NCBI GenBank assembly: GCA_030390025.1
Contig: JASTWF010000348.1
Span: forward strand, 372,001 to 436,000
Length of the DNA: 64,000 nt
Source: Squalus acanthias
Lineage: Eukaryota
Direction of reading: 5' to 3'
Below, piece after piece: positions 13,801-24,300 of this stretch. Under the pieces are notes generated by a model. It saw only the letters and a program-made list of their open reading frames with translations. It was not told the DNA's origin and ran no database searches. Every line of letters begins with the position of its first letter. Within the stretch, counting starts at the first letter, position 1. The translations under genes were made by a program, and so were the position numbers.

Positions 13801-14277
13801 GTGAGAAGTCGCACTACACCAGGTTATAGTCCAACAGTTTTATTTGAAATCACGAGCTTTCGGAGCGCTGCTCCTTCGTCAGGTGAAGTGAAGAGATGCG
13901 TATAGGCACAGCATATATAGTCAGAGAACACGGCCAGATGACTACAGTTAATCTTTCCAACTGCCCTTTATCACACCCCAGTATCTGCCACATTTGACCC
14001 CTTGTGACCCCACCTCATTGTCTTTGATGTAATGTTTTCCTGACTGACCTGTTTGGACACCATCCACACCTTTGATTGCCGTGATTATCTCTCTGCCGAG
14101 GTGTGATAAAGGGCAGTTGGAAAGATTAACTGCAATCATCTGGCCGTGTTCTCTGACTATATATGCTGTGCCTATACGCATCTCTTCACTTCACCTGACG
14201 AAGGAGCAGCCGTTCCGAAAGCTTGTGATTTCAAATAAAGCTGTTGGACTATAACCTGGTGTTGTGCGACTTCTCAC
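13801..14277. mobile_element. Penelope-derived non-autonomous element with ~177-bp inverted arms and a ~120-bp spacer
   Basis: 13801-13977 is approximately the reverse complement of 14100-14277; same terminal sequence as 13470-13560 and 36366-36505. Confidence 0.85.
13850..13886 (-). ncRNA. Minimal type I hammerhead ribozyme motif (Penelope-type); further copies at 13519-13560(-), 13573-13614(+), 14191-14228(+), 36415-36451(-)
   Basis: UCAC-CUGACGA-A-GGAGC(AGC)GCUCC-GAAA-GCUC-GUGA: stem I, catalytic core, stem II, loopless AGCU stem III and an NUH triplet. Confidence 0.7.
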
Positions 14278-15734
14278 TAATATTAACTGGGTTAGAATCA
14301 GTGTGCAAGACATAGAGGGTGCAGGATTCTTAAAATACATTCAGGAGAATTTTTTTAGCCAGGACGTAGCAAGCCCAACAAGAGAGGGGGCGGTTCTGGA
14401 CTTAGTTTTCGGGAATGAAGCTGGGCAGGTGCAAGGGGTATCAGTGGGAGAGCGTTTTGGTGGTCATGATCATAATTCAGTTAGATTTAGCATAGTTATG
14501 GGAAAGGACAAATTTAGACCAGGTGTCAAAGTTCTCGATTGGGGAAAGGCCAATTTTACTAAGCTGAGATGTGATTTAGCCAAAGTGGACTGGAAACAGC
14601 GACTTGAAGGTCAATCAGTGTCAAAGCAGTGGGAGGCATTCAAGGAGGAGATAGTGAGGGTTCGGAGCAAGTATGTTCCCTTAAAGACAATTGACTGGAA
14701 GGCTGTTTCCAGTGGGGTTCCGCAGGACTCAGTACTAGGTCCCTTGCTTTTCGTGGTGTCTATCAATGATTTAGACTTTAATGTAGGGGGCATGATTGAT
14801 AAGTATTCAGATGATACAACAATTGGCCGTGTGGTTGGTAGTGAGGAAGAAAGCTGTAGACTGCAGGAAGGTATCAATGGACTGGTCAGGTGGGCAGAAA
14901 AGTGGCAAATGGAATTCAATCCGGAGATGTGTGAGGTAATGAATTTGGGGAGGGCTAACAAGGCAAGGGAATACACAATAAATGGTAGGATACTGAGAAG
15001 TGTAGAGGAACAGAGAGACCTTGGAGTGCAAGTCCACAGACCCCTGAAGGTAGCAGGACAGGTAGAAAAGGTGGTTAAGAAGGCATACGGAATACTTGCC
15101 TTTATTAGCCGAGGCATAGAATACAAGAGCAGGGGGGTTATGCTAGAACTGTATAAAACACTAGTTAGGCCTCAGCTAGAGTATTGCGTGCAGTTCTGGT
15201 CACCACATTACAGGAAGGATGTGATTGCACTAGAGAGGGTGCAGAGGAGATTTACGAGGATGTTGCCGGGAGTAGAGAATCTTAGCTATGAGGAAAGATT
15301 GGATAGGCTGGGTCTGTTTTCTTTGGAACAGAGGAGGCTGAGGGGAGACCTTATTGCAGTGTATAACATTATGAGGGGCCTAGATAGAGTGGATAGAAAG
15401 GACTCATTTCCCTTAGCAGAGGGGTCAATAACCAGGGGGCACAGATTTAAAGTAATTGGTCGGAGGTTTAGAGGGGTGTTGAGGGGAAATGTTTTCACCC
15501 AGAGGGTGGTGGGGGTCTGGAACTCACTGCCTGAAAGGGTGGTAGAGGCAGGAACCCTCATCACATTTAAAAAGTACTTGGATGTGCACTTGAAGTGCCG
15601 TAACCTACAGGGCTCCGGACCAAGAGCTGGAAAGTGGGATTAGGCTGGAGAGCTCTTTGTCGGCCGGCACGGACACAATGGGCAGAATGGCCTCCTTCTG
15701 TGCTGTAACTTTCTATGATTGTATGATTCTATGA
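14278..15734 (+). mobile_element. CR1 ORF2 remainder (endonuclease end, large internal deletion at ~14688, RT C-terminus) and 3' tail
   Basis: 459-aa ORF with PTREGAVLDLVF..., SGVPQDSVLGPLLF, KYSDDT; (attctatg)n tail. Confidence 0.93.
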
Positions 15735-16557
15735 CAGGGTGAGAGACAAAGAGAGAGAGAGACAGAGAGATAGAGAGAGAGAAAGACAGAGAAACAGAAA
15801 CAGAGAGGGAAGGAGAGAAAGAGAGAAAGAGGAAGACAGAGAAACAAATGCGGATAGATAGAAAGAAAGGCAGAGACTGACGGAAAGCTAGACATAAAGA
15901 GATAGAAACAGATAGGGGAGATATACACAGGGGATATTATTCTCTATAATGTACACAGAGAGTGTACATTATAGAGAATAATATCCCCTGTGTCTATTAG
16001 AGAGACTAACACCCAAGGGTGTGAGAGAGACAGAGAGAGAGACAGAAAGTGACAGATCACAGGGTGACAGAGAGAGAAATAGACAGGGAGCGAGTGAGAG
16101 AGAGAGAGATAGAAAGAGAGAGAGAGTGAGAGAGACAAACAGAGTGAGAGACAGAGACAGAGAAGAGAGACAGAGAGAGAAATAGACAGGGAGAGAGTGA
16201 GAGAGACAGAAAGAGAGAGAGAGTGAGAGAGACAAACAGAGCGAGAGAGAGAGACAGAGAGAGAGACAGAGAGAGAAATAGACAGGGAGAGAGTGAGAGA
16301 AAGAGTCAGAGAGAGAGAGAGACAACCAGAGAGAGACAGAGAAGAGAGATAGAGAGAGAGAAATAGACAGAGAGCGAGTGAGAGAAATTGACAGAGAGAG
16401 AGAGAGAGAAGCGAGACAGAGAGAGAGAAGAGAGACAGAGAGAGAGAAGAGAAACAGAGAGAGACAGAGGGTGAAAGAGGGAGAGAGCGAGTGACAGAGT
16501 GAGAGAGGGAGTGAGGTAGAGACAGAGAGTGACAGACATACAGACAGACAGGCAGAC
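15735..16557. repeat. (GA)n/(GACA)n microsatellite with an embedded hairpin at 15921-15997
   Basis: Simple repeat seen directly. Confidence 0.93.
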
Positions 16558-16666
16558 TGAGCCTCGGACATTTCCCGTATCCCGCTGTGTCCTGGACACT
16601 CTCCCAGCCGCCGGTCTCCCGCGGGCCCTGCGCTCCGAGAGTCACGTGACGTGGCCTCTCCATTAC

Positions 16667-16864
16667 CTGGTCCCAGGCGTTGATCACCCCGCCCTCAAAG
16701 ATGAAGACGTAACCCATGGCGACGAGGCAGGCCCAGATGAAGAGCGAGAAGACCCTCATGCACTTGTGGAACATGGACTCGATGCAGACGAGGACCAAGG
16801 TGGCGAAGAAGACGCCCAGAGCCACAAAGACCGTGATGATGAATGCCAGGTTCTCTGATACTTT
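16667..16864 (-). CDS. ADCY2-like: Adenylyl cyclase group II, second coding exon (198 nt, 66 aa, transmembrane segments)
   Basis: Acceptor tctcctttgacAG, then KVSENLAFIITVFVALGVFFATLVLVCIESMFHKCMRVFSLFIWACLVAMGYVFIFEGGVINAWDQ, then donor GTAATG. Phase 0/0, joins exon 1 in frame. Matches recalled ADCY2 'FILVCIESVFKKLLRLFSLVIWICLVAMGYLFMCFGGTVSPWDQ'. The next exon (VSFFLF...-like) was not found and presumably lies left of position 1. Confidence 0.95.
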
Positions 16865-16919
16865 CTGTCAAAGGAGAGACGCCATTAGGTGTTGGAGGGC
16901 CCACACCCTGTCTGGTGTG

Positions 16920-17152
16920 GTCTACAACAACATGTCCTAGAACCAACAAGGGGGCAGGCCATATTAGATTTAGTAAAGAGTAATGAGCCAAGATTTAGTG
17001 AACAGTCTAACGGTGCGTGGACATTTATCCGATCGCCATCATAACACGATCGAGTTCAACGTACTGTTTGAAAGAGAGACACGAAATGGCTACTAAAGAT
17101 TCTAGATTTAGGTAAGGCCGACTTCAACGGGATGAGCCAGAGGCTGTCCACA
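16920..17152 (+). mobile_element. Old CR1 endonuclease fragment
   Basis: QQHVLEPTRGQAILDLV...HNTIEFNV...LDLGKADFNGM. Confidence 0.75.
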
Positions 17153-18320
17153 ATCTGCGTTTGGTCTCCCCAGTGTAGCGGAGACCACATCGTGAGCAGC
17201 GAATACAGTATACTAACTTGAAAGAAGCACAAGTAAATCGCTGTTTCACCTGGAAGGATTGTTTGGGGTCCTGGACGGTGGGAAGGGAGGAGGTGACAAG
17301 GGCAGGTGTTGCATCTCCTGCGCTTGCACGGGAAGGTGCCGTGGGAAGGGGAGGGGCTGTTGGGGGTGATAGAGGAGTGGACTAGGGTGTCGCGGAGGGA
17401 GTGGTCCATTGGGAATGCTGAAAGGGGAGGTGAGGGGAAGATATGTTTGGTGGTGGGATCACGCTGGAGGTGACGGAAATGGCGGAGGATGATCCGTTGA
17501 ATGTGGAGGCTGGTGGGGTGAAAGGTGAGGACAAGGGGAACCCTATCGTGGTTCTGGGAGGGAGGGGAAGGGGTGAGAGCAGAACTGCGGGAAATGGGAT
17601 GGACACGGTCGAAGTTCCTGTCAAACACAGTAGAGGGGAACCCTCGGTTGAGGAAAAGGGAAGACATATCAGAAAGAAAGACTTGCATTTATATAGCGCC
17701 TTTCATGGCCACCTCAAAGCGCTTTACAGCCAATGAAGTACTTTTGAAGTGGAGTCACTGTTGTAATGTGGCAGCCAATCTAAGCACAGCAAGCTCCCAC
17801 AAACAGCAATGTGATAATGACCAGATAATCTGTTTTTTTTCTTGTTATGTTGGTTGAGGGATAAATATTGGCCCCAGGAATAACTCCCCTGCTCTTCTTC
17901 GAAATAGTGGCCGTGGGATCTTTTACGTCCACCTGAGAGAGAGCAGGCGGGGCCTCGGTTTAACGTCTCATCCGAAAGACGGCACCTCCGACCGTGCAGC
18001 GCTCCCTCAGCACCGCACTGGAGTGTCGGCCTAGCTTTATGTGCTCAAGTCCCTGGAGTGGGACTTGAACCCACGGCCTTCTGGCTCAGAGGCGAGAGTG
18101 TGCTACCCACTGAGCCACTGGCTGACACCGAAGCACCGGTCTGGAAGGTGGCATCGTCAGAACAGATGCGAGGGAGAACCGGGGAGAATGGAAATTGAGT
18201 CCTCACAGGGAGCGGGGTGGGGGGCGAGTGTAGTCAAGGTAGCTGTGGGAGTCGGTGGACTCATAGTAGACATCGGTTGACAGCCTATCCCCAGAAATGG
18301 AGACGGAGAAGTCGAGGGAG
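17153..18320 (-). mobile_element. Penelope-like element fragment (RT end, linker, start of GIY-YIG), split by a SINE at 17673-18128
   Basis: GDRLSTDVYYESTDSHSYLDYT; NRGFPST...RVPLVLTFHP...GTFPCKRRRCNTCP. Confidence 0.85.
17673..18128 (-). mobile_element. tRNA-headed Deu-domain SINE (SacSINE1-like)
   Basis: Reverse complement has A-box tggctcagtgg and B-box ggttcaagtcc, the gaggtgccgtctttcggatgagacgttaaaccgaggcc body and an L2-like tail. Confidence 0.82.
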
Positions 18321-18372
18321 ATTGGAGCGTTGGAATCATCGGGTCTGGAGGTAACGAGAGCGTGGCTGAGGG

Positions 18373-18897
18373 TGGATGTTCTTGCCATGGAAGGAGTTCA
18401 GCGAAGATTTACCAGACTGATACCTGGGATGGCAGGAATGACGTATGAAGAGAGATTGGGTCGATTGGGCTTATACTCGCTGGAGTTTAGAAGAATGAGA
18501 GGGGGATCTCATTGAAACTTATAAAATTCTGACAGGACAGGACAAACTAGATGCAGGAAGGATGTTCCCGATGGTCAGGGGAGTCCAGAACCAGGGGTCA
18601 CAGCCTAAGGATAAGGGGTAAGCCATTTAGGACTGAGATGAGGAGGAATTTCTTCACCCAGAGAGTGGTGAACCTGTGGAATTCTCTGCCACAGAAGGCA
18701 GTTGAGGCCAAGTCATTAAATAGATTCAAGAAGGAGTTGGATATATTTCTTAAGGCTGAAGGGATCAAGGGATATGGGGAGAAAGCAGGGACAGGGTACT
18801 GAGTTTGGATGATCAGCCATGATCGCATTGAATGGCGGAGCAGGCTCGAGGGGCCGAATGGCCTACTCCTGCTCCTATCTTCTATGATTCTATGGTT
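18373..18897 (+). mobile_element. CR1 family A 3' fragment
   Basis: Near-identical to the reverse complement of 8641-9160. Confidence 0.93.
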
Positions 18898-19188
18898 TCA
18901 GCAGTAGAGGAGCGGGGGCGGGGGGGGGCAGTGTTACGGAGGCGGCTGGAGGCGGTCTTGGCTTGCGGAGCGGATGTGGGGTGGGGAGCTCATCCCGGGC
19001 TGGCGGGGGTGGGTCAAGTGGGACGCCGAAAGGTCTGGCTCGACCTCAGATGGGGGGGGAAAGAGAGGGACGGAGCCGGTGGAGGTCAGCGAGCCCGGGA
19101 CCTGGGGCAGCAGCGTTTCGGGAGGAGCTGGGAGGCTTACGGAGGCCGGGAGAGCGCGTCGCAACAGCCGGGGGGCGGGTCCACCTAC

Positions 19189-19371
19189 CATCCCGCGGAT
19201 GAAGAACACGGCGACGAGCGCCACGCAGATCCCGATGATGATGATCAGCACCATGAGGATGAGGGGGTACTGCTGGCTGTTGCAGTAGTACGTCTCGTAC
19301 AGGTAGTCCCCCGTTCGGCAATCCTCGGCCTTCTTCCTCTTGCCGGAGAAATGGCTCTTCTGGGTCGGCAT
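19189..19371 (-). CDS. ADCY2-like: Adenylyl cyclase, group II (ADCY2/4/7 subfamily), first coding exon (61 aa: cytoplasmic N-terminus and TM1)
   Basis: Translates as MPTQKSHFSGKRKKAEDCRTGDYLYETYYCNSQQYPLILMVLIIIIGICVALVAVFFIRGM. This resembles my recall of ADCY2 'DWLYESYYCMSQQHPLIVFLLLIVMGSCLALLAVFF' and ADCY4 'FYETYYSLSQQYPL'. ATG at 19371, in-frame stop upstream at 19431-19429, phase-0 donor GTAGGT from 19188. Confidence 0.93.
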
Positions 19372-19745
19372 TTGTGCTGGCGGGGTGGGGGGAGGGGCGG
19401 GGAGCAAGGGGAGAAGGGACGTCTCAAGTCACCAAGGGGTGGTGGGGGGGGGGACCAAAAATGTCCCGCCTCAGGTTGCAGGAGGAGCCGCTCACGACAG
19501 CGGACCAGGTGTCACGGCCGCAAGAGTCCCCCTGGCGCCCATTTGGCGCCGGCTTTCCCTGCCGCCTTTCGCTCCGGGCCCTCTCACGTTCCACCAACAC
19601 TGCTCGCCTCGACGAGGCCCATCTCGCCGGCGTTCCTGATTTAATGGGCCTGTTCGCTCCCGGGAGAAGGATTCCTCGCTTCTTCCGGCGCCCGATTCCT
19701 TCAGACGGTGGGGGAGGGCGGTGGAACGCGAGCTGGAAACTGTCC
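19372..19745 (-). other. Probable 5' UTR part of the first coding exon, preceded by a splice acceptor
   Basis: Minus strand reads gtgttttattggttatttcccttgacgtgtttcAG|GGACAG (AG at 19747-19746). The region is GC/CpG-rich and holds two short uORFs. Confidence 0.55.
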
Positions 19746-19988
19746 CTGAAACACGTCAAGGGAAATAACCAATAAAACACACGGTAACGAGCACATTAAT
19801 TTCTTCCCCCCCGCGCCCCCCCGGTTAACCCTCTCCCCCTTTCTCCGCCCCCCCCCCCGTCCCCTCCCCTCACCACGGCGGCTGCTTTATCTTCACCCGA
19901 CTCCGTCCCCTCCCCCCGCACCTCAGCTCACCCGCTGCTGAAACCCTCATCCATGCACTTTGTTACCTCTAGACTTGACTATTGCAAC

Positions 19989-20275
19989 ATGGTGGCATAG
20001 TGGTTAGCACTGTTGCCTCACAGCACCAGGAGACCCAGGTTCAAATCCGGCCTCGGGTGACTGTCTGTGTGGAGTTTGCACATTCTCCCCGTGTCTGCGT
20101 GGGTTTCCTCCGGGTGCTCCGGTTTTCTCCCACAGTCCAAAGATGTGCGGGTTAGCTTGATTTGGCTATGATAAATTGATCCTTAGTGTTGGGGGTTACG
20201 GGGATAGGGTGGGATATGTGTCGGTGCAGGCTCGATGGGCCGAAATGGCCTCTATCTGCACTGTGGGGATTCGGT
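19989..20275 (+). mobile_element. V-SINE (HE1-like shark SINE)
   Basis: tRNA head (tggcatagtgg, ggttcaaatcc), V-domain gtgtggagtttgcacattctccccgtgtctgcgtgggtttcctccggg, CR1-like tail. Confidence 0.85.
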
Positions 20276-20455
20276 GAACACTCTCCTGGCCGGCCTCCCA
20301 CATTCCACCCTGCATAAACTTCAGGTCATCCAAAACTCGGCTGCCCCGTGTCCTAACTCGCACCAAGTCCCGTTCACCCATCACCCCCTGTGCTCGCTGA
20401 CCTACATTGGCTCCCGGTTAAGCAGCGCCTCGATTTTAAAATTACCATCCTTGTT

Positions 20456-21112
20456 TTACATGGGATATACGGCACAGAAACAGGCCATTCGGTCCATGCC
20501 GGCGTTTATGCTCCACTCGAGCCTCCTCCCGTCTTTCCTCATCTAAATCTATCAGCGTAATCCTCTATTCCCTTCTCCCTCATACGCTTGTCCAGCCTCC
20601 CCTTAAATGCAACGATACTATTTGCCTCAACCACTCCCTGTGGTAGCGAGTTCCACATTCTCACCACTCTCTGGGTAAAAAAGTTTCTTCTGAATTCCTA
20701 ATTTCATTTCTTGGAGACTATCTTATATTGATGGCCTCTAGTTTTGCTCTTCCCCACAAGTGGAAACATTCTCTCTGTATCCACTCTATCAAAACCTTTC
20801 AGAATTTTAAAGACCTCTATTAGGTCACCCCTTTCAAGAGAAAAGAGACCCAGCCTGTTCATCCTTTCCTGAGATGTATACCCTCGCATTTCTGGTATCA
20901 TCCTTGTAAATCTTCTCTGCACCCTCTCCAGTGCCTCTACATCCTTTTTATAATATGGCGACCAGAACTGTACGCAGTGCTCCAAGTGTGGTCTAACCAA
21001 GGTTCGATACAGGTTTAGCATAACTTCCCTACTTTTCAATTCTATCTCTCTGGAAATAAACCCTAGTGCTTGGTTTGCTTTTTTTATGGCTTTGCTAACT
21101 CGTGTCGCAACT
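20456..21112 (-). mobile_element. CR1 3' fragment
   Basis: LYRTLVRPHLEHCVQFWSP...GDLIEVFKI. Confidence 0.9.
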
Positions 21113-21392
21113 TTTTTCAAATCTCTCCTCTCCCCTCCCTATTTCTATAACCTCCTCCAGCCCTACAACCCTCCCAGATCTCTGCGTCCCTCCAATTCTG
21201 GCCTCTTGCGCATCCTCGATTTTAATCGCTCCACCATTGGTGGCCGTGCCTTCAGCTGTCTAGGCCCTAAGCTCTGGAATTCCCTCCCTGAACCTCTCCG
21301 CCTCTCTACCCCTCTCTCCTCCTTTAAGACGCTCCTTAAAACCTACCTCTTTGACCAAGCTTTTGGTCACCTGCCTTAAAATTTCCTTATAC

Positions 21393-24300
21393 GGGTACGG
21401 TAGCATGGTTGTTATGTTACTGGGCTAGTAATCCAGAAGCCTGGACTAATGATTCGGAGACATGAGTTCAAATCCCACCATGACAGCTGCGGAATTTAAA
21501 TTCAATTAATTAAATAAATCTGGAATAAAAAGCCAGTATCAGTAATGGTGAGCATTGTTGTAAAAACCCATCTGGTTCACTAATGTCCTTTAGGGAAGGA
21601 AATCTGCCGTCCTTACCCGGTCTGGCCTATATGTGACTCCAGACCCACAGCAATGTGGTTGACTCTTAACTGCCCTCTGAAATGGCCTAGCAAGCCACTC
21701 AGTTGTAACAAACCGCTACAGAAAGCAATAATAAGAATGAAACTGGACGGACCACCCGGCATCGACCTCGGCACCGGCTACGGACACGGCAATGGCACAC
21801 CCAGCCCAGTCGACCCTGCAAAGTCCTCCTCACCAACATCTGGGGACTTGTGCCAAAATTGGGAGAGCTGTCCCACAGACTAGTCAAGCAACAGCCTGAC
21901 ATAGTCATACTCACAGAATCATACCTTTCAGCCAATGTCCCAAACTCCTCCATCACCATCCCTGGGTATGTCCTGTCCCACTGGCAGGACAGACCCACCA
22001 GGGGTGGCGGCACAGCGGTATACAGTCGGGAAGGAGTGGCCCTGGGAGTCCTCAACATTGACTCCGGACCCCATGAAGTCTCATGGCTTCAGGTCAAGCA
22101 TGGGCAAGGAAACCTCCTGCTGATTACCACCTACCGCCCTCCCTCAGCTGATGAATCAGTACTCCTCCATGTTGAAAACAACTTGGAAGAAGCACTGAGG
22201 GTAGCAAGGGCACAGAATGTACTCTGGGTGGGGGACTTCAATGTCCATCACCAAGAGTGGCTCCGTAGCACCACTCCTGACCGAGCTGGCCGAGTCCTGA
22301 AGGACATAACTGCCAGTCTGGGCCTGCGACAGGTGGTGAGAGAACTAACACGAGGGAAAAACCTACTTGACCTCGTCCTCACCAATCCACCTGTCGCAGA
22401 TGCATCTGTCAATGACAGTATTGGTAGCAGTGACCACAGCACAGTCATTGTGGAGACGAAGTCCTGTCTTCACACTGAGGACACCCTCCACTATGTTGTG
22501 TGGCACTACCACCGTGCTAAATGGGATAGATTCAGAACAGATCTAGCAGCTCAAAACTGGGCATCCATGAGGTGCTGTGGGCCATCAGCAGCAGCAGAAT
22601 TGTATTCCACCACAATCTTTAACCTCATGGCCCGGCATATCCCTCACTGTACCATTACCACCAAGCCAGGGGACCAACCCTGGTTCAATACGGAGTGCAG
22701 AAGAGCATGCCAGGAGCAGCACCAGGCGTACCTAAAAATGAGGTGCCAACCTGGGGAAGCTGCAACACAGGACTACAAGCATGCTAAACAGCGGAAGCAG
22801 CATGCTATAGACAGGGCTAAGCGATCCCACAACCAATGGATCAGATCAAAGCTCTGCAGTCCTGCCACATCCAGTCGTGAATGGTGGTGGACCATTAAAC
22901 AACTAACGGGAGGAGGAGACTCTATGAACATCCCCATCCTCAATGATGGCGGAGCCCAGCATGCGAGTGCAAAAGACAAGGCTGAAGCATTTGCAACCAT
23001 CTTCAGCCAGAAGTGCCGAGTGAATGATCCATATCGGCCTCCTTCTGAGGTCCCCACCATCACAGAAGCCAGTCTTCAGCCAATTCGATTCACTCCACGT
23101 GATATCAAGAAACGGCTGAGCGCACTGGATACAGCAAAGGCTATGGGCCCCGACAACATCCTGGCTATCGTGCTGAAGACTTGTACTCCAGAACTAGCCG
23201 TGTCTCTAGCCAAGCTGTTCCAGTACAACTACAACACTGGCATCTATCTGACAATGTGGAAAACTGCCCAGGTATGTCCTGTCCACAAAAAGCAGGACAA
23301 ATCCAACCCGGCCAATTACCGCCCCATCAGTCTACTCTCAATCATCAGCAAAGTGATGGAAGGTGTCATCGACAGCGCTATCAAGTGGTACTTACTCATC
23401 AAAAACCTGCCCAGTTTGGGTTCCGCCAAGACCACTCAGCTCCTGACCTCATTACAGCCTTGGTCCAAACATGGACAAAGGAGCTGAATTCCAGAGGTGA
23501 GGTGAGAGTGACTGCCCTTGACATCAAGGCAGCATTTGACCGAGTGTAGCATCAAGGAGCCCTAGTAAAACTGAAGTCAATAGGAATCGGGGGGAAAACT
23601 CTCCACTGGCTGAAGTCATACCTAGCACAAAGGAAGATGGTTGTGGTTAAGAACATAAGAACATAAGAAATAGGAGCAGGAGTAGGCCAATCATCACAGC
23701 CCCAGGACATCGCTGCAGGAGTTCCTCAGGGCAGTGTCCTAGGCCCAACCATCTTCAGCTGCTTCATCAATGACCTTCCCTCCAACATAAGGTCAGAAAT
23801 GGGGATGTTCGCTGATGACTGCACAGTGTTCAGTGCCATTCACAACTCCTCAGATAATGAAGCAGTCCATGCCCGCATGCAACAAGACCTGACGACATTC
23901 AGGCTTGGGCTGATAAGTGGCAAGTAACATTCACGCCACAGAAGTGCCAGGCAATGATTATCTCCAACAAGCAAGAGTCTAACCACCCGCCCCTTGACAT
24001 TCAACGGCATTACCATCGCCAAATCCCCCACCATCAACTTCCTGGGGGTCACCATTGACCAGAAGCTTAACTGGACCAGCCACATAAATACTGTGGCTAC
24101 AAGAGCAGGTCAGAGGCTAGGTATTCTGTGGCGAGTGTCTCACCTCCTGACTCCCCAAAGCCTTTCCACCATCTACAAGGCACAAGTCAGGAGTGTGATG
24201 GAATACTCTCCACTTGCCTGGATGAGTGCAGCTCCAACAACACTCAAGAAGCTCGACGCCATCCAGGACAAAGCAGCCCGTTTGATTGGCACCCCATCCA

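Larger units (their letters stand above)
18900..19900. promoter_or_regulatory. CpG-island-like GC-rich region over the first coding exon
   Basis: Visibly high GC and CpG density and G-runs compared with the flanks; unique sequence. Confidence 0.6.
19890..21392 (+). mobile_element. L2 LINE 3' region, fragmented by a V-SINE and a CR1; its tail resumes at 24713-24815
   Basis: AETLIHA/VTSRLDYCN...LLAGLPHSTLHKLQVIQNSAA...GGRAFSCLGPKLWNSLP...FKTLLKTYLF. Confidence 0.82.

Noticed and set aside
15944..16825. 293-aa single-exon ORF
   Set aside because: Only 16864-16667 is coding; the rest is read-through into intron and microsatellite.
18832..19775. Plus-strand ORFs of 99-270 aa
   Set aside because: Antisense shadows of the GC-rich cyclase exon and a CR1 3' UTR.
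19989..20060. tRNA genes (also ~37545, ~35405, ~21395)
   Set aside because: A/B boxes belong to SINE or LINE heads; no complete cloverleaf seen.
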